A stretch of DNA of 64,000 nucleotides from Lachnospiraceae bacterium (GTDB taxonomy: Bacteria; Bacillota; Clostridia; Lachnospirales; Lachnospiraceae): contig JAGBBP010000014.1 of NCBI GenBank assembly GCA_017938405.1, forward strand, positions 79,034 to 143,033, in the 5' to 3' direction. The position numbers and the translations under genes are program-made. Shown here piece after piece: positions 19,117-27,761 of this stretch; position 1 is the stretch's first letter, and every line of letters begins with the position of its first letter. Under the pieces are notes generated by a model. The model had not been told where the DNA came from. It was given only the letters and a program-made list of their open reading frames with translations, and made no database searches.

Positions 19117-19942
19117 ATCCTAAAATATCATACAATGCTTTCATAACATCTTCGTACAAAATATCGCTTGCATATGCAAACTTTTTCCGATACTTATCCC
19201 ACATTTCCATCATCTCGGTACTTTTTTCAATTTGATTGAGAATACCTTTCACATCAGTAATCTGCCCTGTACTTCCACGATGCTCCGCTGTTGCTATTAA
19301 CGCTTCTTTTAATACCTCTTTATCATACTTCTGTGTCGTTCCCAATATGTAAACATCATAATAATCTCTCGGTCTTGTAGAAAACACACCTCTTCGCAAA
19401 ATCGTTTCGACTTTCTCTGCAATAACCGTTTCAATGTTATATCCCCATAAATTAATTCGAACATTATCATCGAAAATCCCGCTAAACTCATACTTTACCG
19501 CTTTCGGTGTAATAATATCTCCGGTAGATATATCAATTGATAATGGTGTCGTTATGGTATCATATACCGCATCCAACCGAACACAATAACCACCATATAT
19601 ATCATCCCTACGAATAAGTTCTATCGACCTCATCTTGAAAACGACATCATCATCCCGATTAACTCCGCAAATAGAGTATATCGCCTCTGTAATCTTTTCT
19701 TCCGTCAACGGCAAATTGCGAAGCGTTGTATCCAAATCCATGGTCGCCCTTGTATCCAATCCGACAATGGCTGCGATTAACATACCACCTTTTACAACGA
19801 ATTTCTCGCGATATTCTGATACTGATAACCTTGCCAGAAAACATTCAAACATATAATTCTGTAACACTACCTGCGCTGTAATATTATTGCTTTTTGCATA
19901 ATTTTTTATCTTCCCTTTCAGGCTCATTGCTTTTGAACTCAC
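19115..19942 (-). CDS. abiEii: AbiEii/AbiGii-family nucleotidyltransferase toxin (type IV TA / abortive infection)
   Basis: 275 aa. Pol-beta NTase motif KGGMLI...TMDLDT and the N-terminal LKGKIKNYAK...LQNYMFECFLARLS pattern of DUF1814 proteins. The GTG start overlaps the abiEi stop (GTGA). ATG at 19927 is an alternative start. Confidence 0.8.
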   Translation of the reverse strand: MSSKAMSLKGKIKNYAKSNNITAQVVLQNYMFECFLARLSVSEYREKFVVKGGMLIAAIVGLDTRATMDLDTTLRNLPLTEEKITEAIYSICGVNRDDDVVFKMRSIELIRRDDIYGGYCVRLDAVYDTITTPLSIDISTGDIITPKAVKYEFSGIFDDNVRINLWGYNIETVIAEKVETILRRGVFSTRPRDYYDVYILGTTQKYDKEVLKEALIATAEHRGSTGQITDVKGILNQIEKSTEMMEMWDKYRKKFAYASDILYEDVMKALYDILG

Positions 19943-20538
19943 AGCAACACCTCCATATACCCCCGTAACACCTTGCTCACCTTCAATTTCTCTGCATACA
20001 CCGCCAAGCGATTTAAATCTTTTTCTTTGTATTTCGCATAATTCTTTATTGCACTGATTACAATTTCTTCGTCCATCCGGCTCCTGGAACGAATTAAATC
20101 ACAAATGGTACGTTCCACATCATAACATCGTACTTCATTTCCAAACGTTGTCTTTTTCCATGTTTTTCCTAAATCATGCAGCTCCGGTTTAATATAATAA
20201 CAGTTGCAGTCTTCTTTTAACGTGTCGGATAACACCGCGTTACTCGGAATCGTTACCGAATGTTCAAACGGCGTTCGTTCCGATAAACCATGTAAAAAAA
20301 GTGCCGTATCATGAGAAAAAATAACCTTCTCTGACCTAAGCATCAGTGTATACATATCATCATGAACCGAATCCGGTAATATATAAATTCCTTGACGCCC
20401 ACGCTCTAATAACCCTTCTTTTACATACTTTGATAACAATGCTCTGGAAAAGCCCAATTCTACCACACGGGCTGTCGTAATCATATTGTTATTTCGCTGA
20501 ACTTCTTCAAAAATAATTGAATTCATTTCCATATGCAT
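19939..20538 (-). CDS. abiEi: AbiEi-family antitoxin / transcriptional autoregulator
   Basis: 199 aa. N-terminal winged-helix segment (ITTARVVELGFSRALLSKYVKEGLLER...GIY) and a C-terminal AbiEi-type domain. It lies immediately upstream of abiEii and overlaps it. Confidence 0.8.
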   Translation of the reverse strand: MHMEMNSIIFEEVQRNNNMITTARVVELGFSRALLSKYVKEGLLERGRQGIYILPDSVHDDMYTLMLRSEKVIFSHDTALFLHGLSERTPFEHSVTIPSNAVLSDTLKEDCNCYYIKPELHDLGKTWKKTTFGNEVRCYDVERTICDLIRSRSRMDEEIVISAIKNYAKYKEKDLNRLAVYAEKLKVSKVLRGYMEVLL

Positions 20539-20569
20539 ACACCGCCCCTCAGTTTACATTTATATAGAT

Positions 20570-20598
20570 ATAATATTTCATTTCTATACATTTGTCAA
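20570..20598 (-). promoter_or_regulatory. Sigma-A promoter of the abiEi-abiEii cassette
   Basis: The minus strand reads TTGACA (20598-20593), a 17-nt spacer, then TATTAT (20575-20570), in an AT-rich stretch just past the stop of the P-loop gene. Confidence 0.6.
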
Positions 20599-20603
20599 CT
20601 AAG

Positions 20604-21122
20604 TTATATAATTTCCATCTCCTCCGGATACTCCTCGTCAATCAACACATAATTCACCCTGTATTTCTTGCACTCCCGAAGTACCTCTGCGTTATCCTGC
20701 AATACCGACTCCATCGTACAATCCGAGTCATCCAACCGCTCCTCAATCACACTTGCAAACTTTTTAATTTCCGCAAAATGCTCCCGGATATATGTCTCAC
20801 TCATCACCAGACAAACATACTTGATTTCCTTCAAATACTCCGGTTCAAAGCATTTCTCCCAATCATACGGAATATAGCAGCCTTCCACAATCATGTTTTG
20901 AGTATTTTCAATGGTAGTCTTAATCATCTCCCTCACAATCGGCCAAAGATAATCGGTCAATGCACAGTCATCACTGCAGGGTGTCAGTGTCGTCTGCCCG
21001 CTGCGAATCAGTCCCATTTTAATGTGGTCAATAGACACGTACGGATAATGATATTTTTCCAGTAACTTCTGTGCCAAAGCGGTTTTTCCCGTATGGGATG
21101 CACCGGCAATTAAAATAATCAT
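20604..21122 (-). CDS. Small P-loop NTPase/kinase (2-phosphoglycerate-kinase / zeta-like AAA_33-type)
   Basis: 172 aa. Walker A GASHTGKT at residues 7-14, and IVEGCY resembling the IVEGVH of COG2074 kinases. Its ATG overlaps the upstream stop (ATGA, 21119-21122). Confidence 0.7.
   Translation of the reverse strand: MIILIAGASHTGKTALAQKLLEKYHYPYVSIDHIKMGLIRSGQTTLTPCSDDCALTDYLWPIVREMIKTTIENTQNMIVEGCYIPYDWEKCFEPEYLKEIKYVCLVMSETYIREHFAEIKKFASVIEERLDDSDCTMESVLQDNAEVLRECKKYRVNYVLIDEEYPEEMEII
20608..20623. repeat. Right copy of the imperfect direct repeat bracketing the AbiE cassette
   Basis: ATAATTTCCATCTCCT, inside the last codons of the P-loop gene. See 19102-19116. Confidence 0.4.
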
Positions 21123-22177
21123 TTCAAATACCCTCCAAAAAACTCCAAATGCAAGTCTGCCAGTCTCCGGTGCATCTCACATCCGTCCATCTTTCCCACC
21201 ACCATCTTTGCCTTCGGAGAATCCGGCTCATACATAAACTTCAAATCCGTAAAACCTGCATGGGTCACTCCTTCAAACAGTTCATATCGCACCGGTGCTT
21301 CGGTGGCAAGCAGCGGTTTTATCTCGAAATTCCGGTTCATTTTACTTCCGATTTGCAGAAAAGGCTTTTTCATCACCATTCCCGTATAATCTCCGAATAC
21401 ACCGCCGTCAATATTCGCTCCGCAGGTAACCTCGTCGGAATACTGACAAAGCCAATACGCAACATTTCCGCCGAAAGAATGTCCCGTAGCCCCGATTCCT
21501 TTTGCAAAATCAATCCGGCCCGCGTAAGACTTCTTAAGTGTTTCTATCACACAAAGACTATCCTTTCCCCACTCCGGCAAGCGGCCCAGCATAAATCCCA
21601 TATACTTCTTTTGCAGTTCATCAAAGTAGGCATAGACTTCTTCCGCTTCCGCATCCATCCGCACCAGCTTCATTTGGGCAAAGAAGGATTTTATCCCGCC
21701 GGTCTGTATTTTAATTTCCTTGTCATACAAAGCAACCGTTCCGTCGTCAAACTCACAAATCGCTGCTTCGTAAGCATGCCCGATAGACGCCACGATATAT
21801 CCGTTGGAGGCCAATTCACTGCAAAGAAGACAATTCCCTTCCGTGACTCCGATCCCATATCCGTGACTGTACAGTACAAGCGGGAACTTTTCTTCTGCCT
21901 GAGGTACTCTCGTATAACATTCCGGACTCACAATCTCCTCCGGCAACGTCTTTACCATACAAGCCTTTTGTATTGCCTGTACTCGTTCCTCCGACAGCTT
22001 CATTCGTTCCTTTCCTTCTACCGCAGATTTGTTCACCGGATAAAACAAACGCACTTCCAGCTTTCGAGGACCGCACTTCGGACCCAAAACTTCTTGTCTG
22101 GAATCGTCTGTTACGGTAAAACGTTCTGTACCCACAGCGTAGGTGCCTGTGATATACTTTGGTAATGTAATGCTCAT
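21119..22177 (-). CDS. Alpha/beta hydrolase, platelet-activating-factor acetylhydrolase-like (lipase/esterase)
   Basis: Start set to ATG 22175-22177, which overlaps the HD gene stop (ATGA). Motifs PLVLYSHGYG...ELASNGYIVASIGH and nucleophile elbow GHSFGG. Confidence 0.75.
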   Translation of the reverse strand: MSITLPKYITGTYAVGTERFTVTDDSRQEVLGPKCGPRKLEVRLFYPVNKSAVEGKERMKLSEERVQAIQKACMVKTLPEEIVSPECYTRVPQAEEKFPLVLYSHGYGIGVTEGNCLLCSELASNGYIVASIGHAYEAAICEFDDGTVALYDKEIKIQTGGIKSFFAQMKLVRMDAEAEEVYAYFDELQKKYMGFMLGRLPEWGKDSLCVIETLKKSYAGRIDFAKGIGATGHSFGGNVAYWLCQYSDEVTCGANIDGGVFGDYTGMVMKKPFLQIGSKMNRNFEIKPLLATEAPVRYELFEGVTHAGFTDLKFMYEPDSPKAKMVVGKMDGCEMHRRLADLHLEFFGGYLK

Positions 22178-22740
22178 TTTTTCTCCCTTTCTATCTTTTC
22201 TTTTGTCCATGCATCAATATGGGCTTTTAACCCCTTCATATACTCCGAAAACTGTACTTCTTCCGCACCATAGGTCAATTGCAACTCATATTCCAACGGA
22301 AGCCAGGAAGAAATATCTGCTTCATTGTGCTGAATCACCGCTTCCATCTTATCCAGTGCCTTGTAAAGTTTTGCTTCCTTCGTCTGTAACGCACTCATTT
22401 CCGCAAGAAGTCCCCTAAACTGCTTTTTTTGTATTTCCGGGAACGTTTCTACCCAGTCTGCATAGACCATATCCTCTTTCTTCGCATCCGCATCCATTTT
22501 GTCAAAGGTGGCGATATCTCCTGTAAACGCCTCCCCTAAATCATGAATCAGACACATCTGTATCACCTTATTCATATCGGTATCCGGAAATTCATCCGCA
22601 AGCAACATTGCCATCAAAGCCAGCCGCCAACTGTGTTCTGCCACACTTTCTCTCCTGCCGTTTGACGTATCGGAATGTCTCGTATTGCATTTTAACTTCT
22701 CTGCCACCGATAAAATGGACAAAAAATCACTATACTGCAT
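22174..22740 (-). CDS. HD-domain phosphohydrolase (YfbR-like 5'-deoxynucleotidase family, HD_3)
   Basis: 188 aa. ESVAEHSWRLALMA and LIHDLGEAFTGD motifs. Confidence 0.85.
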   Translation of the reverse strand: MQYSDFLSILSVAEKLKCNTRHSDTSNGRRESVAEHSWRLALMAMLLADEFPDTDMNKVIQMCLIHDLGEAFTGDIATFDKMDADAKKEDMVYADWVETFPEIQKKQFRGLLAEMSALQTKEAKLYKALDKMEAVIQHNEADISSWLPLEYELQLTYGAEEVQFSEYMKGLKAHIDAWTKEKIEREKK

Positions 22741-22784
22741 TTCCTTCTCCTCTCCTCAGCATTTCATTCATCTCCTTTGTTGAC

Positions 22785-23327
22785 TTACGATTTATGTATT
22801 CCATATAAAATCGCATCTATACGTATCCCATCTTTCTCGTATCTCTCTTTTATGACTCCTTCACATTGAAAACCGCACTTTTCCAATACCTTCTCTGATG
22901 CGACATTTCCCGCGAATACATCTGCACACACCCGGCTCAATTCCAGTTCTTCAAAGGCATATTGAAGAACACGCCTTACCGCCTCTGTCATAAGTCCATT
23001 GCCCCAATGGTCCGGTGCCAATATATACGAGGTTTCCGCCGCCCCGGATTGTTCGTCCACGTTATGAAGATTAATAATACCAATGGCTTCCTTGGTATCC
23101 TTTCGCACAATCAGCCAGTTAAGGTACAAATCATCTTTATAATTATCTACCCAGGTCAAAACCCTCTTTTTATAAACTTCGATATCCGTAACCGCAGACC
23201 ATGGAAAGTATTTGCTACATTCCTCCTTACAAGCCCAATTCTCATACATCTGCTTGTAATCCTCAACTTCGATTCTTCGTAAAACAATACGTTCTGAACC
23301 CAACATTCGTGTACCTAAATGCTTCAT
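22785..23327 (-). CDS. GNAT acetyltransferase, RimJ/RimL-like
   Basis: 180 aa. IVLRRIEVEDY...IGIINL...WGNGLMTEAVRRVLQYAFEEL pattern of the RimJ/L subfamily. Confidence 0.85.
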   Translation of the reverse strand: MKHLGTRMLGSERIVLRRIEVEDYKQMYENWACKEECSKYFPWSAVTDIEVYKKRVLTWVDNYKDDLYLNWLIVRKDTKEAIGIINLHNVDEQSGAAETSYILAPDHWGNGLMTEAVRRVLQYAFEELELSRVCADVFAGNVASEKVLEKCGFQCEGVIKERYEKDGIRIDAILYGIHKS

Positions 23328-23350
23328 ACCGTTCCCCCGCCAATACCATC

Positions 23351-23959
23351 TTATCCCAAATACGACAGATCACTGATGCGCTTCACAAACCGCTTTCCTT
23401 CATCATTCACAAACATATAGGATACGCCACCGGATAAACCAAACATTTCACATGTATTCATCGATTCCACGTCCAATCCCAAGAACATGGCATTAAACAC
23501 ACTAAGCAAATCTCCGTGAGACACAAGAATAATATTCTCCTCATCGTTTGCCATAATCTCATCAAAGAACGGCTTTAGCCGGTTCCACTCATCCCTTCTG
23601 CTCTCCGCATCGGAAAACAGCCTGTCATCAATGGTTTTCTCCTGACATTCCAAATTTTCCCGAAGCCACTGCACCGACTTTCCGCAACACTTCCCAAGAT
23701 TCCGTTCTCTCAGTTCCTTCTTTAAAATCGGTGTCAGGTCAAGATGCTTTCCCACATGCTCTGCCGTCTGCTTTGCCCGGAGCAAATCCGAAGAATACAT
23801 AACAAAAGTTCTCCCGGAAAGCTCTGCCTTTAGCTTTTCACCAATCTTTTCTGCCTGTGCCACCCCAAGTTCGGAAAGCTCCCAATCCGTCCAGGAACCT
23901 ACCATCCCGTTGGTATGATGCACCGACTGTGTGTGCTGAATTGTGATAATCGTTTTCAT
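23351..23959 (-). CDS. Histidine phosphatase-family protein (atypical N-terminal motif)
   Basis: 202 aa. The catalytic-His region reads TIQHTQS (Gln where the RHG Arg is expected). The second His motif LVSHGDL is present. Confidence 0.7.
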   Translation of the reverse strand: MKTIITIQHTQSVHHTNGMVGSWTDWELSELGVAQAEKIGEKLKAELSGRTFVMYSSDLLRAKQTAEHVGKHLDLTPILKKELRERNLGKCCGKSVQWLRENLECQEKTIDDRLFSDAESRRDEWNRLKPFFDEIMANDEENIILVSHGDLLSVFNAMFLGLDVESMNTCEMFGLSGGVSYMFVNDEGKRFVKRISDLSYLG

Positions 23960-23987
23960 ACGCCACCTCCGAAGAATTTAATTATCT

Positions 23988-24016
23988 ATTCTATCACATT
24001 TGCAACTTGACCGCAA
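23988..24016 (-). promoter_or_regulatory. Candidate promoter opening the accessory enzyme array
   Basis: The minus strand reads TTGCGG, a 17-nt spacer, then TAGAAT with TG one nt upstream (extended -10). It lies between the gltX terminator and the gene at 23959. Confidence 0.4.
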
Positions 24017-24034
24017 TCAGAACTTCGACTTATA

Positions 24035-24074
24035 CATAAAACAACACCCTCACAAACTTTCGCCTGCAAGGGTG
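24035..24074 (-). terminator. Rho-independent terminator after gltX
   Basis: Stem CACCCT/AGGGTG (24045-24050 / 24069-24074) with an 18-nt loop, followed on the minus strand by TTGTTTTATG. Confidence 0.55.
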
Positions 24075-24108
24075 CCAATATCTTTTTTAACTCACTGATT
24101 TTATTGTA

Positions 24109-25575
24109 TTACTGTACTTCCTTCTCTAACAGCTCAATCGCCTTCTCGATTCGTCTGATACTCTCATTCTTACCGAGAATTGCCATAATCTCATAAGCGC
24201 CGCCCGGGGTCATCTGCTTACCGGAAACTGCGGTACGTACCGGCCATAAGCCCTGTCCGTTCTTAATTTCCTTCTCCTGTACATAGCCCATTAAAAGTGC
24301 TTCGATTGCCGGAACGCTGTAATCGGAAAGCTCCTGTAACCGCGGAAGCAAATCCTTTAATACGCCAAGGGAAGACTCCTTCGTGGTCTTCATCTTCTTG
24401 TGTACGTACATCTCGGTGTCATACTCTGGAAGCTCCTCGAAGAAATCAATATGACCTGCAATGTCAAGTAAAGTCTCGATTCTGGTCTTTACAAGATCTG
24501 CGATGGCCTTCTTGTCGTACGGCTTCGTTACTACCGCATCAACATACGGAAGTGCCAGCTCGTAGTACTTCTCGTTATCCATACGCTTTAAGTATTCGCC
24601 GTTCATCCAGCGAAGCTTCTGCATATCAAACACTGCCGGAGACTTGCTGATATGGGTATAATCGAACTGCTCGATTAACTCCTCCATGGTCATAATCTCT
24701 TCGTTGTTTGCCGGGCTCCAGCCAAGAAGCGCGGTAAAGTTTACGATTGCTTCGGTAACAAAGCCCTGCTCCAGCAAATCCTCAAAGGAAGAATGGCCGC
24801 TTCTCTTGGAAAGCTTCTGATGCTCCTCGTTGGTTATGAGCGGAACGTGAACGTAAGTCGGCTCCTCCCAACCAAAGGCCTGATACAGTCTCGTATACTT
24901 CGGCGTGGAAGAAAGATACTCGTTACCGCGAACAACGTGGGTAATGCCCATCAAATGGTCGTCGATTACGTTTGCAAAGTTATAGGTCGGGAAACCGTCG
25001 GACTTAATAAGAATCATGTCGTCCAGCTCCGCATTCTCTACGGTAATGGTGCCGTAATTGGCATCGGTAAAGGACGTGGTGCCCTCCGTCGGGGTATTCT
25101 GACGGATAACAAACGGCAAACCGTCCGCTAAATTCTTCTCGATTTCTTCTTTCGACAGGTGCAGGCAATGCTTGTCGTACTTGGTAATCTCCTTATCCTC
25201 GGAGCCTTCCACGGAAGCCTTTAAAGACTCCAGACGCTCCTTGGTACAGAAGCAATAATAGGCCTCGCCCTTTTCCACAAGCTGCTTTGCGTACTCCATG
25301 TACAAGCCGCTCTGTACACGCTCACTCTGTACATACGGGCCGCAACCCTTGTCTTTATCCGGACCTTCGTCGTGAAGAAGACCGGTCTTCTCCATGGTAC
25401 GATAAATAATATCTACGGCACCCTCCACCAAACGGCCCTGATCCGTATCCTCAATTCTTAAAATAAAGTCACCGCCCGCATGCTTTGCCACCAGGTACTC
25501 ATATAATGCAGTTCTTAAATTACCTACATGCATTCTTCCTGTCGGGCTCGGTGCAAATCTGGTTCTGATTTTCAT
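24109..25575 (-). CDS. gltX: Glutamate--tRNA ligase
   Basis: Start set to ATG 25573-25575 ([25 protein letters not shown]). HIGH-type motif HVGN and KMSKS-type motif KLSKRS. The GGAGGAG RBS is formed by the last codons of yebC. Confidence 0.95.
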   Translation of the reverse strand: MKIRTRFAPSPTGRMHVGNLRTALYEYLVAKHAGGDFILRIEDTDQGRLVEGAVDIIYRTMEKTGLLHDEGPDKDKGCGPYVQSERVQSGLYMEYAKQLVEKGEAYYCFCTKERLESLKASVEGSEDKEITKYDKHCLHLSKEEIEKNLADGLPFVIRQNTPTEGTTSFTDANYGTITVENAELDDMILIKSDGFPTYNFANVIDDHLMGITHVVRGNEYLSSTPKYTRLYQAFGWEEPTYVHVPLITNEEHQKLSKRSGHSSFEDLLEQGFVTEAIVNFTALLGWSPANNEEIMTMEELIEQFDYTHISKSPAVFDMQKLRWMNGEYLKRMDNEKYYELALPYVDAVVTKPYDKKAIADLVKTRIETLLDIAGHIDFFEELPEYDTEMYVHKKMKTTKESSLGVLKDLLPRLQELSDYSVPAIEALLMGYVQEKEIKNGQGLWPVRTAVSGKQMTPGGAYEIMAILGKNESIRRIEKAIELLEKEVQ

Positions 25576-25579
25576 AATA

Positions 25580-26317
25580 TTACTCCTCCGGCATATCCCA
25601 GTTGTGGTAAACTTCCTGCACGTCATCATCCTCGTCCAAAAGGTCGAGAATCTTGTTCATGCTCTTAATATCCGCTTCACTGGAAAGCTCACCCCAGGTC
25701 TGCGGAATCATGGTTACTTCTGCGGAAGCCATAACAATCCCTGCTGCTTCCAGGGCTTCCCGGACTTCGCTAAAGGCATCCGGATCGGTAAGGATTTCAA
25801 AGCTGTCCTCTTCCTCCACAAAATCGTCCGCACCTGCGTCAAGAGCCGTCATCATCAGCTCGTCCGCATCGCCGGAGTAATCTTCCTTTGCCACAATAAT
25901 CTGACCCTTCTGGTCGAACATAAAGGATACGCAACCGGTGGTTCCCATGTTGCCGTTACCCTTGGTGAATGCGTTACGTACATTTGCCGCGGTACGGTTC
26001 TTGTTATCCGTAAGAGCATCTACGATAATTGCGATACCGCTCGGGCCGTAACCTTCGTAGGTAACCTTTTCATAATTTACACCGTCTCCGTCACCGGCAG
26101 CCTTCTTAATGCTGCGGTCGATGGTATCGTTCGGCATGTTGTTTGCCTTTGCCTTTGCGATAACATCCTTTAACTTACTGTTGTTGTTCGGGTCCGGACC
26201 GCCTTCCTTTACGGCTACGGCGATTTCACGACCGATACGGGTAAAAATTTTACCCTTTGCTGCATCGTTCTTTTCTTTCTTGTGCTTAATGTTTGCAAAT
26301 TTGGAATGACCTGACAT
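25580..26317 (-). CDS. yebC: YebC/PmpR-family DNA-binding transcriptional regulator
   Basis: 245 aa. Canonical N-terminus [27 protein letters not shown]. Confidence 0.95.
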   Translation of the reverse strand: MSGHSKFANIKHKKEKNDAAKGKIFTRIGREIAVAVKEGGPDPNNNSKLKDVIAKAKANNMPNDTIDRSIKKAAGDGDGVNYEKVTYEGYGPSGIAIIVDALTDNKNRTAANVRNAFTKGNGNMGTTGCVSFMFDQKGQIIVAKEDYSGDADELMMTALDAGADDFVEEEDSFEILTDPDAFSEVREALEAAGIVMASAEVTMIPQTWGELSSEADIKSMNKILDLLDEDDDVQEVYHNWDMPEE

Positions 26318-26335
26318 TTCTTTTATCTCCTTTAT

Positions 26336-26803
26336 TTATTCACTTATTCTTTTATCGCCGGTTAAGCGATGTAATTTCTCCATCACAACATCCGTTTCCT
26401 TTTCGGTACGGATGGCGCACATAATCGTATCGTCTCCCGCAATACAACCTACAATACCGTCTACCTGCAAAGCATCCAGTGCCGCAGCCGCCGCCATTGC
26501 CATGCCCGGAACCGTCTTTACCACCAGAATATTCTGGGCCTTTGCCATGGAAACGAAGGAATCCCGCAAAATCCGGGCATACTTTTCGTTCATTTCCGAA
26601 TTATGGGAACGAAGTACAATGTACTTCTGACGATCCAAATCAATGGCTACTTTTGTAAGCTTTAACTCTCTGATATCGCGAGAAATCGTAGCCTGGGTAA
26701 CCGCAAAACCCGCATTCTTTAAAAGTTCTCCCAGCTCTTCCTGGGTCTCGATTTCATTTTTTTCTACCAGTTCTATAATCTTATTTTGTCTTGCTGTTTT
26801 CAT
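26336..26803 (-). CDS. argR: Arginine repressor
   Basis: 155 aa. N-terminal winged helix (RQNKIIELV...ETQEELGELLKNAGFAVTQATISRDIRELKL) and a C-terminal oligomerisation domain with GCIAGDDTI. Confidence 0.9.
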   Translation of the reverse strand: MKTARQNKIIELVEKNEIETQEELGELLKNAGFAVTQATISRDIRELKLTKVAIDLDRQKYIVLRSHNSEMNEKYARILRDSFVSMAKAQNILVVKTVPGMAMAAAAALDALQVDGIVGCIAGDDTIMCAIRTEKETDVVMEKLHRLTGDKRISE

Positions 26804-26818
26804 TCTATCGTCTCCATT

Positions 26819-27664
26819 TTATAAAATCTCTTGGGTCCCCAGCTTTCTATGTAACGCATCAAAAAAACTGTGGTCATTTAACTGTATAAAATACGCTTTT
26901 TTCTCAGACTTCCGAATCACAATCGTATCTTCAGCCGCAAGGTCTTTTGCCCGTTGCCCGTCCAGAGTCAGAATCGCTTCCTCATCCTGGGTCTTTTTCT
27001 CCTCCCGTATTACCAAATGAAGCTCATCCTCTGCGGAAAGCAAGATGCTTCTGGCATTTAAGGAATGGGGACAAATCGGTGTAATAATAAAAAGCTCCAT
27101 CTTCGGTGCCACCACCGGACCGCCTGCAGATAAATTGTAACCGGTAGAACCCGTCGGCGTAGCTACGATTACGCCGTCGCCCCGGTAATTACATACCGGC
27201 TTCCCGTTTACAAAAATCCCCACGCTGATAATACGTGAAAAACCGTTTCGGGTCAGCACCACGTCGTTTAATGCGGTACCGAATACCTGACCGTCCACCG
27301 ACGCTTCCAGCATCATGCGTTCTTCTACCTTGTATTCTCCGGCAAGTAACTTCGTCAATACGGCTTCCGTATCCGCCGACTCCGCCTCCGTAAGAAATCC
27401 CAAGGTGCCCAAATTAATCCCAAACACCGGAATCTTCTTTTCGGAAAGAATCCCCGCCACGCGAATCAACGTACCGTCACCGCCTAAAACCACCGCACAC
27501 TCGATATCACTATCAAGCTCCGGCTCATAAGACGGCGTCTCGGAAAAATCCTCCAATAACATCGAACAGGAAATCCCCTTTTCGCAGAAAAACACGCGTA
27601 CTTTTTCCGCCGTTTCCACCGCCGCTTCTTTCCCGGCATTGGCAATGACACATACCTTTTTCAT
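26819..27664 (-). CDS. nadK: NAD kinase
   Basis: 281 aa. GGDGT motif (VVLGGDGTLIRVA) and NLGTLGFL. Confidence 0.9.
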   Translation of the reverse strand: MKKVCVIANAGKEAAVETAEKVRVFFCEKGISCSMLLEDFSETPSYEPELDSDIECAVVLGGDGTLIRVAGILSEKKIPVFGINLGTLGFLTEAESADTEAVLTKLLAGEYKVEERMMLEASVDGQVFGTALNDVVLTRNGFSRIISVGIFVNGKPVCNYRGDGVIVATPTGSTGYNLSAGGPVVAPKMELFIITPICPHSLNARSILLSAEDELHLVIREEKKTQDEEAILTLDGQRAKDLAAEDTIVIRKSEKKAYFIQLNDHSFFDALHRKLGTQEIL

Positions 27665-27761
27665 CTGCGATTCCCCTCCTGTCCGACAAAATAGAGCAGT
27701 TATAGTCTACATCAAAACAAGGGGAAAGTCAATCAAAATCCCCGATTTTAAGCGCAATACC

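Noticed and set aside
21149-22165. 338-aa ORF on the plus strand, almost exactly antisense to the alpha/beta hydrolase gene. Similar long antisense or alternate-frame ORFs occur at 20592-21065, 40339-41221, 45692-46300, 28345-29197, 8251-8670 and 36517-36861.
   Set aside because: Their translations are low-complexity (rich in R/H/S/L/F/P) and have no RBS or motifs. They mirror genes that have clear family signatures, so they are shadow ORFs of real coding regions.
27665-27761. Possible attenuator hairpin (GGGGA...TCCCC) and TTGACT-17-TAGACT promoter between tlyA and nadK.
   Set aside because: The stem is only 5 bp and the -10 matches 4 of 6 positions. That is insufficient to call either feature.
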